Source: a virus
Reading direction: 5' to 3' (one strand)
IMG/VR virus record: IMGVR_UViG_3300045988_125846
Coordinates: 1-64,000 of that record
Length of the DNA stretch: 64,000 nucleotides
Shown piece after piece: positions 8,710 to 18,158 of this stretch. Below the pieces are notes generated by a model, which was given only the letters and a program-made list of their open reading frames with translations, did no database searches and was not told the origin of the DNA. Every line of letters starts with the position of its first letter. Within the stretch, counting starts at the first letter, position 1. The translations under genes were made by a program, and so were the position numbers.

Positions 8710-9987
8710 TTAATTATAAGAAGGTTCAGATTTGTCATTTCTCACGATTTCAAAAATAGGGAACTGAACCGAAATTCCACCATTTTTATTCTTTGTTTCA
8801 CCTTTGAATTTAATCTGCACAATTTTACCAATAATCTCATTAGGATTGTTCCAATAGTAATTTCTCTGCTCATCAGTAAATCCAGATCCTACACCGAGTT
8901 CATATCCTTTGTAATCACATTTAATTAGTCCAAGAGTTCCTTTATATTTACCATCACCCTCAGCAATATCAGTGCAACGAATATCGGCATGTTTAAATGA
9001 CTTCACTTTAAGAATTCCATTATTACGTTTATTTTTCCATTTGGTATCCTTATTGAGCATCAGCCCTTCCCAACCATCTTTGTCAGCTTTATCAAGCAAT
9101 GGTTGAATAACTGATTTATCACTTCCTTCATATATAATAGAAACAACTTCAAGATTATCTGTATTTAAGCGAGAAATCGCTGTTGTTAGTGGATTTAAAA
9201 TTTGTTCTCTACGAGCTTTATATTTTAATTTACTTTCGCCATTTTCAAATTCTTCGTTTGGGATACATTCATAGATTACAAATTTAATGCAAGATTTATC
9301 AGAATCGTCAGAATTGATAATACCAGTTCCAATTTGGAAATTGTCATTATCAGAAAGATTATCATAATTTTTACGAATCAATTCACCATTAAACATATAA
9401 TTTTCATGGTTTGGCAATCGTTCAATATCTTTAATGATATGGTCAAGACCTGTAAATGGTTTACCCTGCCGACTAATTAACTGTCCTTTATAATATGCGC
9501 AGTTATTACCATTAAGTTTTTGGGATAAAGCAAACCATTCACCGTCTTTTGGCTCATTTTTCTCAGAAATTGGATATGCTTGCTGTACGTTCCATGATGG
9601 AATCAAACCATGAATCACACTATTTACAACTTTTTTATCACAACCAAGACGAAATTTCTTTGTAACCATCTGTTTGTAAAAATCTTGATATTCTTCTGGT
9701 TGGTTTTCGATAAATCCTTGTATAGTTCCAATATCCATATCACTACCTGAATTAAAATCTGATAAGTATTTTATAACTTCTTTGAAAGAGTTCAATTCTG
9801 TTCCTGACATACCAACAAATTTGTTTAATTTCTTATCACTGATACCAGTCACCACATTTGAATCAAGCAGAAAAACCAAACACTTTTTAAATAACTCATT
9901 ATCCTTGTTGGCTTCAATAATTGTTTTCTTACCATTTGTACTGCTTGTATTTTGTATCTGTTTGAAAATTTTAATTACTTCTTCCAT
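8710..9987 (-). CDS. ATP-dependent DNA ligase
   Basis: Nucleotidyltransferase motifs SQKLNGNNC (KxDG-type adenylation Lys), FNGELI, EGLMLNK, GILKVK. Confidence 0.85.
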   Translation of the reverse strand: MEEVIKIFKQIQNTSSTNGKKTIIEANKDNELFKKCLVFLLDSNVVTGISDKKLNKFVGMSGTELNSFKEVIKYLSDFNSGSDMDIGTIQGFIENQPEEYQDFYKQMVTKKFRLGCDKKVVNSVIHGLIPSWNVQQAYPISEKNEPKDGEWFALSQKLNGNNCAYYKGQLISRQGKPFTGLDHIIKDIERLPNHENYMFNGELIRKNYDNLSDNDNFQIGTGIINSDDSDKSCIKFVIYECIPNEEFENGESKLKYKARREQILNPLTTAISRLNTDNLEVVSIIYEGSDKSVIQPLLDKADKDGWEGLMLNKDTKWKNKRNNGILKVKSFKHADIRCTDIAEGDGKYKGTLGLIKCDYKGYELGVGSGFTDEQRNYYWNNPNEIIGKIVQIKFKGETKNKNGGISVQFPIFEIVRNDKSEPSYN

Positions 9988-9999
9988 TTATCCCCTCCT

Positions 10000-10203
10000 T
10001 CACGGCTTTAAAATCATTACAAAAATAATAAGTATTAAAATTGTTGCAATGTAAATAGCAATATTAGCAGCAACTTCTAAAGTAAAGAAGTTCATCAATA
10101 TAACACCAGTTATTGCAAGAAAACCTGTCCATAATGAAATAGCTATGAATGAAAGACAAATAACACATAATAAAACTTTGAATATTTTCGTAAATTTATT
10201 CAT
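10000..10203 (-). CDS. small membrane protein
   Basis: Track ORF, 67 aa. Two hydrophobic helices (LLCVICLSFIAISLW..., IAIYIATILILIIFV). Confidence 0.5.
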   Translation of the reverse strand: MNKFTKIFKVLLCVICLSFIAISLWTGFLAITGVILMNFFTLEVAANIAIYIATILILIIFVMILKP

Positions 10204-10453
10204 CGGAATTCTCCTTTTTTAACAAACTCCATCCTTGATACCACATTGATTTAGAATTAGCATGTTGTTTGAATAATTCTATTAATTCATCTGATTCAGG
10301 AAAGAACGGATCTCTTTTTAATGTACTATTGATATACCCAAGAGCATTTAACAAGAATTGCCCTGGTCGCATATCTGGAAATGACCTCTTATGTATCTCA
10401 CATAACTGCGAGTAAAATGAGTCTAATTTTTCTGAATTTCTAATATTAATCAC
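10196..10453 (-). CDS. hypothetical protein
   Basis: Track ORF, 85 aa. The annotated GTG abuts the SD AGGAGG; an in-frame ATT lies 8 nt after the SD. Confidence 0.5.
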   Translation of the reverse strand: MINIRNSEKLDSFYSQLCEIHKRSFPDMRPGQFLLNALGYINSTLKRDPFFPESDELIELFKQHANSKSMWYQGWSLLKKENSDE

Positions 10454-10473
10454 CTCCTATGAAATGAACATTT

Positions 10474-11274
10474 CTAATTTTCTAATTCATCAATGAAAAT
10501 CAATTCCTGTGCATAAGGTAGCGATCTAGCCCAAGAAATAAAATTAGAAACGTTCGGATTATCTATACCACTCCACTCATTGAGTTTATGGAATCTTCTT
10601 TGTCCTTTACTGCACATAGCAAGTAGATTTTCATACGTTATTGTTGCTGTGCGTTTCTGTAACCAACTTTCAGGAAGCCAACGAATAAGTTCTTTCCAGT
10701 ATCTTTTATCCTTTGTATCAAGATATTTCTTCCTCAATCCCTCTAATAATGGAATCCATTGACAAAAAATCATAGACTCACAATCATCTGCACTTAAACC
10801 ATCTTCACCAAGAAAATCTGAATGAAAATTGCAATATTCTTCATAATCATCCATTTCAAAACAATCTAATGTAATAGGTGTTGTTGCTAACTTGTGCATA
10901 GTAGAAGTTGAGTTAGCCGTAGTCCCAACTTTATAAGTATCGAATTCCTTCCACCAATATAGGGGAGCTGTAATATCAACTGATACGAAAATTTGTCTCA
11001 TAAATTTCCTATGTTCACTACCTGCTTTAATAAGGGACTGAGCAAGTTTCATATCTGCTTCGCCAATAATATCAACATAATATCCATTATCGTTTTTATG
11101 ATGTACATGTGCAGCTGGATATGCTCTCAATAAATACTCAGATGTTACATCTCCTCTGGTAATATCATAATAGTCATTAAACTTACTATCACTCTTATCC
11201 CAACTGTTCTTGGGATTCCTCATCCCCCTGAATGCGTGTTCAAATCCCCAAACTTCTGTATTCTCAAATTTCAT
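10474..11274 (-). CDS. ThyX-like (Thy1-fold) protein, divergent signature
   Basis: WGFEHAFRGMRNPKNSWDKSDS and ...HRKFMRQIFVSVDITAPLYWWKEFDTYKVGTTANSTSTMH align by eye with the ThyX core. TYK stands where the canonical R-H-R would be. Confidence 0.6.
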   Translation of the reverse strand: MKFENTEVWGFEHAFRGMRNPKNSWDKSDSKFNDYYDITRGDVTSEYLLRAYPAAHVHHKNDNGYYVDIIGEADMKLAQSLIKAGSEHRKFMRQIFVSVDITAPLYWWKEFDTYKVGTTANSTSTMHKLATTPITLDCFEMDDYEEYCNFHSDFLGEDGLSADDCESMIFCQWIPLLEGLRKKYLDTKDKRYWKELIRWLPESWLQKRTATITYENLLAMCSKGQRRFHKLNEWSGIDNPNVSNFISWARSLPYAQELIFIDELEN

Positions 11275-11298
11275 CTTATTCCTCCTTATTTTTGACTT

Positions 11299-11322
11299 CC
11301 AATGAAAGTTTAGTTTACTGTG
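11299..11322 (-). repeat. intergenic IR element
   Basis: Plus strand: ccaatgaaagtttagtttactgtg. Confidence 0.45.
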
Positions 11323-11325
11323 AAT

Positions 11326-11589
11326 TTATTTAAATAACATCTTCAATCTCTCAATAAATGATTTATCTGATTTCACTTTTACAATCCTAACCCCGTAAAC
11401 AGATTTTTCATTTAACTGTTCTAAAATTTTGTTGAGTGTATCTGTATCTTTGACTCTAATTGTAATAAGTGTATAAATTGAAAACTTTTTCTGTTCTGTT
11501 TTAATAACTTCTACATTGTTTCTAGCTAATACTCCAAAAATATTCTTATCGTCAGACATACAATCTGTATACTGTAAAATTACTTTCAT
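11326..11589 (-). CDS. hypothetical protein
   Basis: Track ORF, 87 aa, co-directional. No motif recognised. Confidence 0.5.
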   Translation of the reverse strand: MKVILQYTDCMSDDKNIFGVLARNNVEVIKTEQKKFSIYTLITIRVKDTDTLNKILEQLNEKSVYGVRIVKVKSDKSFIERLKMLFK

Positions 11590-11629
11590 TCTCTACCTCC
11601 TAATCTACACATGAAATAATGGCTTCTTG

Positions 11630-11905
11630 TTATTTGCATTTATCTAATTTTTCTTCCAACTCTTCTATTTTATCTTCTAAAATCTCAATTCGATTTTTAA
11701 GAGTATCATTTTTATCTTCTAATGAAGTAATATCACCATCTTTTTCCTCTAATTGCCATTCTAAATCCCGATATTCTTTGTCTGTATGTTCAGGAATCAT
11801 CTTATCCATTTCATAAGCCAAATCTTCATTAAAATATTCTCTGATTATTTTAGAAACATCTTCCAAATCTCTAACTTCTTCCCAGTTGTCATTTATTAAT
11901 ACCAC
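11630..11905 (-). CDS. hypothetical coiled-coil protein
   Basis: Track ORF, 91 aa. Glu/Lys-rich heptad-like C-terminus (LKNRIEILEDKIEELEEKL). Confidence 0.5.
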   Translation of the reverse strand: MVLINDNWEEVRDLEDVSKIIREYFNEDLAYEMDKMIPEHTDKEYRDLEWQLEEKDGDITSLEDKNDTLKNRIEILEDKIEELEEKLDKCK

Positions 11906-11923
11906 TTAATCACTTCCAATCTT

Positions 11924-11944
11924 CCAAAGAAACTGTTTCTTCTT
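11924..11944 (-). repeat. intergenic IR element
   Basis: Plus strand: ccaaagaaactgtttcttctt. Confidence 0.5.
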
Positions 11945-11947
11945 AAT

Positions 11948-12109
11948 CTATCTCTCATCAACTAATTCTTCTAACACTCCACCAACTTCAGCAACAATAA
12001 TTCCTACTGCTAATGGAATAATCGAACCATTCACTAATGTTACAATTCCACCAATTACTCTGATTACTGATTTTCCTAAACTAATAAATAAATGTCCTTT
12101 ACTGTTCAT
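11948..12109 (-). CDS. small membrane protein (53 aa)
   Basis: Hand-found ORF MNSKGHLFISLGKSVIRVIGGIVTLVNGSIIPLAVGIIVAEVGG... Its ATG overlaps the stop of the upstream gene. Confidence 0.4.
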   Translation of the reverse strand: MNSKGHLFISLGKSVIRVIGGIVTLVNGSIIPLAVGIIVAEVGGVLEELVDER

Positions 12110-12635
12110 TTCTAATTTCCTCCATAATTTCTTCTACTATGTATTCACAATTTGATTCTGTAGAAGCAATCTCTTCATATTTAATATTGTACTGGCTTAA
12201 CTTATCAATAATTTCTTTTCTCACTTCTTTTGCTTCGTCTTCATTTTGGAATCTTCCTTCGTTCTCATAAGAGTGGTGTCTTGTGAGCAAATAATTTCTA
12301 TTATTGTATGAATTAAACACATTCAGTACAGTCTTATTAAAGTCTTCTCCCAACACTTCATCAGTGTTATATACAGCACATAAGATTAATGGTGAATCAA
12401 CAACCATAACCTGCACTTTATTCTTAACTCTACCCATCTTGAATGATTGTTTGCCAAATAAATATTCCTGGTGTTTAAATACTTCACCATTATTTTCATA
12501 TACCTTATCCTTGGCAAACTCCGAAACATATTCAGCGTTGATACCGTGTCTTTTTAATTGTGCTGTAATATCCATTGCACAGGTACTCTTACCTACTGAT
12601 GGTTCACCAAATAAATTTACAACAATTGTGTCCAT
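12099..12635 (-). CDS. P-loop NTPase (AAA_28-like / nucleotide-kinase-like)
   Basis: Walker A GEPSVGKST near the N-terminus; Walker B-like VMVVDSP. Confidence 0.6.
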   Translation of the reverse strand: MDTIVVNLFGEPSVGKSTCAMDITAQLKRHGINAEYVSEFAKDKVYENNGEVFKHQEYLFGKQSFKMGRVKNKVQVMVVDSPLILCAVYNTDEVLGEDFNKTVLNVFNSYNNRNYLLTRHHSYENEGRFQNEDEAKEVRKEIIDKLSQYNIKYEEIASTESNCEYIVEEIMEEIRNEQ

Positions 12636-12657
12636 TTTTTTGTTCTCCCTTTTTTTG

Positions 12658-13092
12658 TTACTTTAATAACATGTAAATCGCCCACGGATAATAGATATAA
12701 TCTAACACCACATTAAACAAAAATTGGAATCTGTGGAACTTAAAATCTTCAATATTGTAACTAAAAGCTGTTTTTACTTCTGACAAGCTTACACCCAATG
12801 ACCATAAACAAGTAAATACCTGTAGGGCAGACATTACAATAAATTCAGTTGTTCCAATTTTGTTTCCTAATACTATATAAAAGATGATTAAGAATAGCTC
12901 CATGAAAAATACAATCAATATTGCACCACCTTGCATTGCATCGCTTAATGGTTTTCCATTATTATTCTCTTTACTTTTTGCGATCTGTTTAACCATTCTC
13001 TTTCGCCATAGTGTTTTACTTAATGCACTTGGCGTACCTTTAATTCTAAAAAACATCAAAATAAATAAAATTGTTAAAGCTAAAATCTTCAT
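12658..13092 (-). CDS. integral membrane protein
   Basis: Track ORF, 144 aa with several hydrophobic helices. SD AAGGAGAA upstream of the ATG. Confidence 0.55.
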   Translation of the reverse strand: MKILALTILFILMFFRIKGTPSALSKTLWRKRMVKQIAKSKENNNGKPLSDAMQGGAILIVFFMELFLIIFYIVLGNKIGTTEFIVMSALQVFTCLWSLGVSLSEVKTAFSYNIEDFKFHRFQFLFNVVLDYIYYPWAIYMLLK

Positions 13093-13107
13093 GCTATATT
13101 ATTCTCC

Positions 13108-13305
13108 TTACTTGTATCCTAAAACACTTCTTCGCATTTTATCAATTTTGTCAATTTTTCTTCCTTGACGATTAATAAATTTAGCAAGTTTCTTTACTTC
13201 TGAATTGCATTTAATATCTTCTTTAGAAAATTCCATTCTAAAAGCGTCTACACAATCTCTCTGATACATAATTAAATCTACCATTTTATTCTCCCACTCT
13301 TCCAT
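13108..13305 (-). CDS. hypothetical protein
   Basis: Track ORF, 65 aa, co-directional. Confidence 0.45.
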   Translation of the reverse strand: MEEWENKMVDLIMYQRDCVDAFRMEFSKEDIKCNSEVKKLAKFINRQGRKIDKIDKMRRSVLGYK

Positions 13306-13505
13306 GTTTTCTTTCTTGCCTTGTTGTCAATAATGGCGATAATCACCAATACAATAACTGTAAGCAAAATATCAATCCATAATGGACACAATACCCATAA
13401 CCACGACCAATTAATAACGCCTACTAATTTGAGTACAACAAATACAATTGTTAATACTCCGCAAATTCCAATACCTGAACTACTACTATTTCTGTTTGAA
13501 CTCAT
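13278..13505 (-). CDS. small membrane protein
   Basis: ATG at 13505 preceded by AAGGAGGTAAAA (track start GTG 13526 lies inside an intergenic IR element). Two hydrophobic helices. Confidence 0.5.
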   Translation of the reverse strand: MSSNRNSSSSGIGICGVLTIVFVVLKLVGVINWSWLWVLCPLWIDILLTVIVLVIIAIIDNKARKKTWKSGRIKW

Positions 13506-13523
13506 TTTTACCTCCTTAATTTT

Positions 13524-13545
13524 CACAAGAAACTGTCGTTTCCAC
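13524..13545 (-). repeat. intergenic IR element
   Basis: Plus strand: cacaagaaactgtcgtttccac. Confidence 0.5.
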
Positions 13546-13547
13546 TC

Positions 13548-13739
13548 TTATCCTTCAATTTGATATTTGAATGATAGAGGGCAACCATACTCAATTTCTC
13601 CACCCATACATCCACAATCATTTTCGTTCCCTGTAATTAAACTGCATCCATATTCTCTGTAACCAGTATCGCTCTCCCAATATGTTACTTCGCAATATTC
13701 ACATTTCTCATAATCATTTTCATAAATTTCTTCTTCCAT
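13548..13739 (-). CDS. Cys-rich hypothetical protein
   Basis: Track ORF, 63 aa. CEYCE...CGCMGG...GC pattern. Confidence 0.45.
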   Translation of the reverse strand: MEEEIYENDYEKCEYCEVTYWESDTGYREYGCSLITGNENDCGCMGGEIEYGCPLSFKYQIEG

Positions 13740-13742
13740 ATC

Positions 13743-14330
13743 TTATACCTGCTTATCTGCAATGCACTTAATGTTATTTTCAATCTGTCTATATGTCTCA
13801 TTTGCACCGAGAATATTAAGTACAGCAGTTGACAGCATACTCTTGGTAGAATTATCAAAAGTTTCTTTCATGGTTTTATTTACCTGCTTGCGAATATCAT
13901 CCATAAATTTATCTAAATCCTTCTTAATCATTTCATCAAAATCAAACTGGCGATTGATATATTCTTCAAATGATACCTGTTCGAAATCATCTGAATATGA
14001 ACTTGTGTGTCCTTTCTTCTTTACTCTTAACTTTCCAGAATTAAGTCTATCCTTTAATTCATTTTTAATATATTGTTCAACGGTATATTCATGTTCTTCT
14101 GTATCGTCCCAATAATTTCCACCAACCTTGATTTTTGTATTTGCTATGTATTCATCAACAAAACGCTGAAAATTTTCAGATACCTCATCTGCAATTACTT
14201 TCTTAGAAAGATCGTCTGCTACCCTTCTAACAGTTCCTTCAATCTGTTCTTTAACAATGTTCTCAATGTTTTTCTCCATTGTTGTCTGAACAAGTGTTTC
14301 TAAGTTTTCCATATCAATCGTTACTTTCAT
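13743..14330 (-). CDS. hypothetical protein
   Basis: Track ORF, 195 aa, co-directional. No motif recognised. Confidence 0.55.
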   Translation of the reverse strand: MKVTIDMENLETLVQTTMEKNIENIVKEQIEGTVRRVADDLSKKVIADEVSENFQRFVDEYIANTKIKVGGNYWDDTEEHEYTVEQYIKNELKDRLNSGKLRVKKKGHTSSYSDDFEQVSFEEYINRQFDFDEMIKKDLDKFMDDIRKQVNKTMKETFDNSTKSMLSTAVLNILGANETYRQIENNIKCIADKQV

Positions 14331-14348
14331 ATTTTTACCTCCTTATAT

Positions 14349-14735
14349 TTAATTCTCTGTTTCAAATCCAACTTGTATATATCTATCTAATTCAGATTTA
14401 GCATTTTCATTCAATAATTGTTTTTCATCAACCAATATAATTGTTCCTGGCTGTACTCTCCCTTTCAACTGGCTTGGTGTAAGTACAATTGGATTGAATT
14501 TTAAGTGCATTTTATATGCATAATCTGCCATGCTTCCCATCGGTTCAATAACAGGAATTTTATATTTACCACTAATCTTCATCAGATTATATGTTTTGCC
14601 GATCTCTCTACTATTAAAACCATATAATTGTTTAATGTGTGTTTGTCGTTTCTTTACATAATATTTCAGCTCATGATATAATGCTTTTGATCTTAATAAA
14701 TATGACCAGTGTTCTAATCGTTCATAAAATTTCAT
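14349..14735 (-). CDS. hypothetical protein
   Basis: The track ORF extends to 14876, but that N-terminal part covers the palindromic operator pair. ATG at 14735 (MKFYERLEHW) follows AAAGGAGA. Confidence 0.5.
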   Translation of the reverse strand: MKFYERLEHWSYLLRSKALYHELKYYVKKRQTHIKQLYGFNSREIGKTYNLMKISGKYKIPVIEPMGSMADYAYKMHLKFNPIVLTPSQLKGRVQPGTIILVDEKQLLNENAKSELDRYIQVGFETEN

Positions 14736-14763
14736 ATATGTAGTATCATCTCCTTTGTTATGT

Positions 14764-14807
14764 ACTATATATAGTAGTTGCATGTTTATCCAACCACTAT
14801 ATATTGT
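14764..14807 (-). promoter_or_regulatory. bipartite palindromic operator / promoter region (copy 1)
   Basis: ACTATATATAGT at 14764-14775 and ACTATATATTGT at 14796-14807 (plus-strand reading), starts 32 nt apart. TTGGAT-N18-TATAGT promoter-like spacing on the minus strand. Confidence 0.6.
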
Positions 14808-14893
14808 GTTGATAACGGCATGAAATCCGTCTTTCCTTGGCTTTTTGAGTCTCTGAAACGCCCTATTTATGGGCATTCCAGAAATCCAAATTA

Positions 14894-17152
14894 CTATTCT
14901 ACTGTATTATTCTCTGTTTCTAACATCATCCAAGTATTTCTATTGTTATGACTTGTTCTAATACACTGTAAAAATGCTTCTGGTTCAGCTAATAACAAAC
15001 ATCTCTTCTTTGCTCTAGTCAACAATGTGTAAAGCATACAGTTATCAAGAAGCTGATGATGTGTATTATCAATAATACCAATTACTGTCTTTCGACCAGC
15101 ACCCTGTAATTTATGTACTGTCATAGCATAAGCAAGATCCAAAGCAGCTAACTCTTTCTTTGTGTATTCAATAATTTTGTCTTTTCCAAAAATATCAGTG
15201 TAAGTTACTTCACAACACTCTTCTTTTTTCTTACCATCATATCTTTCACTGATTTTTGTCACATAACCAATCTCGCCATTAAATACATTTTTGTCATAAT
15301 CATTAACTGTTTGCATGACTTTTGCACCAAGTTTGAAAGTTGTATCAAAACCTTCAATACTCTCTAAAACATCACCAAGTAATTCATTTTGAATAACCTT
15401 GTTAATTTCATTGGTGCTATTTAAACAATCTTTTCTACGAGGTACTGCAATAACCACATTGTCGATTCCATCTGATCCAACAGATTTGATGAATGTCTTA
15501 ATAGCAATATTAAATAATGACTGTCGATTTGTACGGAACATGTAATACATATCCTGTAACTCACCATGAATAATTCGTGGTTGTAACTTCTCAGATATAG
15601 GATTTATATTCTCACGAATCTTATTTGCATCAACAAGAATACCTGATTTTTCTGCCTGTCTCATAGGTTTTACTAACTTGCTTACAACTGAATCATCAAA
15701 TATTTCAATCAAATCTGAGAACACATTACCAAATCCGATAGGTGGTAACTGCTTATGATCTCCTGAAATAATAATTCTTGTATTATCTCCAATTGCTTCA
15801 AGCCAATGTAAAAACAAACTGGCATTAACCATACTTCCCTCATCGAGAAATGCAACATCTGTAATTAAATGATTGTCTTTATTGTATGTAAAATCATTTA
15901 AGCCTTGACACCCAAGTGTTCTATGAATAGTCATTGCAGGAAATTCTGTTGCTTCTGTAATCCTTTGGGCTGCCATTGCTGATAGTGCTGAAGCTGTCAT
16001 CATATAATTATTCTCCATATAAGCTTTAACAATTGCTCGCATTATTGACGTTTTACCAGTTCCTGCTTTTCCAGTTATCAGACTAACAGTTCTATGTAAG
16101 CTCTTATAAATCGTGTCTAACTGCTCTACTACATAATCAAATCCTTGTTCTTCTTCCGCATGTTTAATTGCTTTATCAATCGCTTCATCAGAGATATTGA
16201 TTGTTGTTTTAATTTGAGATTTATTCAGAATCAAATGATAAATCTGCATCTCAATATCGTAATAATATTTCAGACCAATTCGACCATTATCAATATGAAG
16301 AAAGTCATTATTTTCTAATAACCAATCAACCTTATTACAACACTCGTATATGTTATTACTTATAGCTGCCCTTAAAATCTTCTCAGAACACCATGTATGA
16401 CCTTTACTTTCTCCTAAGTCTTTGAAATAGTATTGGATAAAAGCTACAAGTCTTTGTGTAGAATCAATCAGTTCAGGTTTTAACTTCAGTGCTAAATCAT
16501 CGACACGTTTGAATCCCAAATTGTCCACACGGGTTAAAACCCATGGATTTTTTTCAATTTCTCTCTTTAATAATACTGGGTTAGGTTCATCAGATAGGAG
16601 TTTTTTAATCATTGTATATGTAACTCCCAATGGTTTGAGAAGCATAAGAATATCAGAAATCAAATAATTATTGATTATTTTTTCTTTAACTTTATTCCAT
16701 GTAATTTCTCTTACGCCTTTGATTTTGGAATAGTCTATCTCTTTCAACGTACCATTTGCAACATCATTTACTAAATTATGGTATTCGTTAATAAGATTTT
16801 CTGCCATCCATTCTGGAATTATAGTTTTAAGAAATAATAATTGCATTTCTTTTGTTTGTGGAACTAAGGCATATATTGACAATGGCTTATATTGATGACC
16901 ATATTGTTTATTATACTCATACTTTGCTTTGATCTGATATTCTCCACCTATAGACAACTGTTGCATCTTACCAACAATGTTACAAAATTTCTTTTTTTCT
17001 CCTGAATTATCAAACTTATTTGCTTCACCATTGGTGTAAAATGGTATATCATCTTCTGTATATGCAATATAACTTCCCCAAGTTGTATCATCGCTGTAAT
17101 ATTTTTCATATGTTACAACAATTTTAAATTCGTAAATATTATCATCAGACAA
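14894..17152 (-). CDS. RecD-like SF1 DNA helicase
   Basis: Walker A ITGKAGTGKTS, Walker B AFLDEGSM, GDHKQLPPIG, C-terminal YAMTVHKLQGAGRKTV. Confidence 0.85.
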   Translation of the reverse strand: MSDDNIYEFKIVVTYEKYYSDDTTWGSYIAYTEDDIPFYTNGEANKFDNSGEKKKFCNIVGKMQQLSIGGEYQIKAKYEYNKQYGHQYKPLSIYALVPQTKEMQLLFLKTIIPEWMAENLINEYHNLVNDVANGTLKEIDYSKIKGVREITWNKVKEKIINNYLISDILMLLKPLGVTYTMIKKLLSDEPNPVLLKREIEKNPWVLTRVDNLGFKRVDDLALKLKPELIDSTQRLVAFIQYYFKDLGESKGHTWCSEKILRAAISNNIYECCNKVDWLLENNDFLHIDNGRIGLKYYYDIEMQIYHLILNKSQIKTTINISDEAIDKAIKHAEEEQGFDYVVEQLDTIYKSLHRTVSLITGKAGTGKTSIMRAIVKAYMENNYMMTASALSAMAAQRITEATEFPAMTIHRTLGCQGLNDFTYNKDNHLITDVAFLDEGSMVNASLFLHWLEAIGDNTRIIISGDHKQLPPIGFGNVFSDLIEIFDDSVVSKLVKPMRQAEKSGILVDANKIRENINPISEKLQPRIIHGELQDMYYMFRTNRQSLFNIAIKTFIKSVGSDGIDNVVIAVPRRKDCLNSTNEINKVIQNELLGDVLESIEGFDTTFKLGAKVMQTVNDYDKNVFNGEIGYVTKISERYDGKKKEECCEVTYTDIFGKDKIIEYTKKELAALDLAYAMTVHKLQGAGRKTVIGIIDNTHHQLLDNCMLYTLLTRAKKRCLLLAEPEAFLQCIRTSHNNRNTWMMLETENNTVE

Positions 17153-18091
17153 TTAACTTACCTCTCTTTCTTTTTCTATATCCTCTACATATAAGAAAAT
17201 GTATCCTTGACACGTTTTATTAACTCTTGTGCAACATTTTGATATAGCACTCCTTGAACAGCCTATTATTTCTGCTGCTTCTGTTACCGATTTATATCTT
17301 GCAATTTCTTTATATTTCAAATCATATTGGATAACCTCTTTATAATGAGCCTCCTGTACTGCTCGTATCATAGATTCTGAATTTTTCTTCCCATATCTAC
17401 CATGTTTTTCTTTTGGTATTTTCTTATGAGCCTCTGACATTTTCTTTTTAGATTCGTTTGTGTGGTGTTTCCCATAAAAAGGATTATCCTCACTCAAATA
17501 TCTTTCTTTTGCTAAATTACTTAATACTTTTTTTGTTTCATCTGTATGATGTTTTCCGTAAAATGGATTCAACTCTCCAAGCACTCTATAATGTGCATCT
17601 TCAAGTTCCTTTTTACTTTTTGGTCTTCCAGTATTTGCAATTGCTATCTTCTGTTTTGTTTCTTCTGTATGATGCCTGCCTTGAAATGGATGTCCATATT
17701 TTTTCCAATGATCTTTTAGTTTTTTTTTCGTTTCCTCTGATGCTTTTCTACCTAATGCTTTTTGTCTTATTTTCTCTTTCGATTCTTCGCTTAATGTTGA
17801 ATTTTCACCACCTGAACGAATATTATATCCATATTTGCTATTTGTACTTTTATATTTTTTAATTAATTCTTCCTCTACTATATTAGCCATTTCTAAAGAC
17901 AATCCATCTATTAATACAACATGTTTGAAGTTGTTCCAACCATACTTATTAATAGCATTATTGAATGCAACACACGACTTATATCCCCACCCGCTATCCC
18001 AACGATCCTTTACATCTTCTTGACCTGTTTGACCTATATAAATCTTGCCATTAATTTTATTTATATGAACATATATTTTATAATTTTTCAT
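17153..18091 (-). mobile_element. free-standing GIY-YIG homing endonuclease gene with NUMOD3 repeats
   Basis: KIYVHINKINGKIYIGQTG...KYGWNNF (GIY-YIG). Repeated HPFQGRHHTEETKQKI / NPFYGKHHTDETKKVL / NPFYGKHHTNESKKKM. C-terminal HTH IGCSRSAISKCC. ATG at 18091 with SD GGTGA (track start 18118). Confidence 0.85.
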
Positions 18092-18130
18092 GTAAAAATC
18101 ACCATCCAATATTCTCAAAGAGTATATGAA

Positions 18131-18158
18131 GAACCAGTAATAAGCTGGTTCTTTTTTT
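18131..18158. terminator. GC-containing hairpin between dnaE and the GIY-YIG gene (T-run on the plus strand)
   Basis: gaaccag-taataag-ctggttc followed by ttttttt on the plus strand. On the minus strand the hairpin is followed only by TTCATAT. Confidence 0.45.

Noticed and set aside
12099-12635. P-loop protein as a nicotinamide-riboside kinase that extends the NAD pathway.
   Set aside because: Only a generic Walker A/B resemblance to AAA_28/NadR-type kinases is visible. The gene is about 42 kb from the NAD operon and no specific residues can be checked by eye.
14736-14876. N-terminal extensions of track ORFs 14349-14876 and 33143-33883 (33797-33883), and similar extensions at 13506-13526, 30994-31023, 18092-18118, 58289-58381 and 62776-62790.
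   Set aside because: The extensions run across operator palindromes, IR elements or the preceding gene. An internal ATG with a well-spaced SD exists in each case.
17400-17800. Repeated ~50-nt units that could look like a tandem repeat or a CRISPR-like array.
   Set aside because: They are in-frame NUMOD3 modules (NPFYGKHHT.E.KKK) of the GIY-YIG endonuclease. They are coding repeats with no spacer/repeat architecture.
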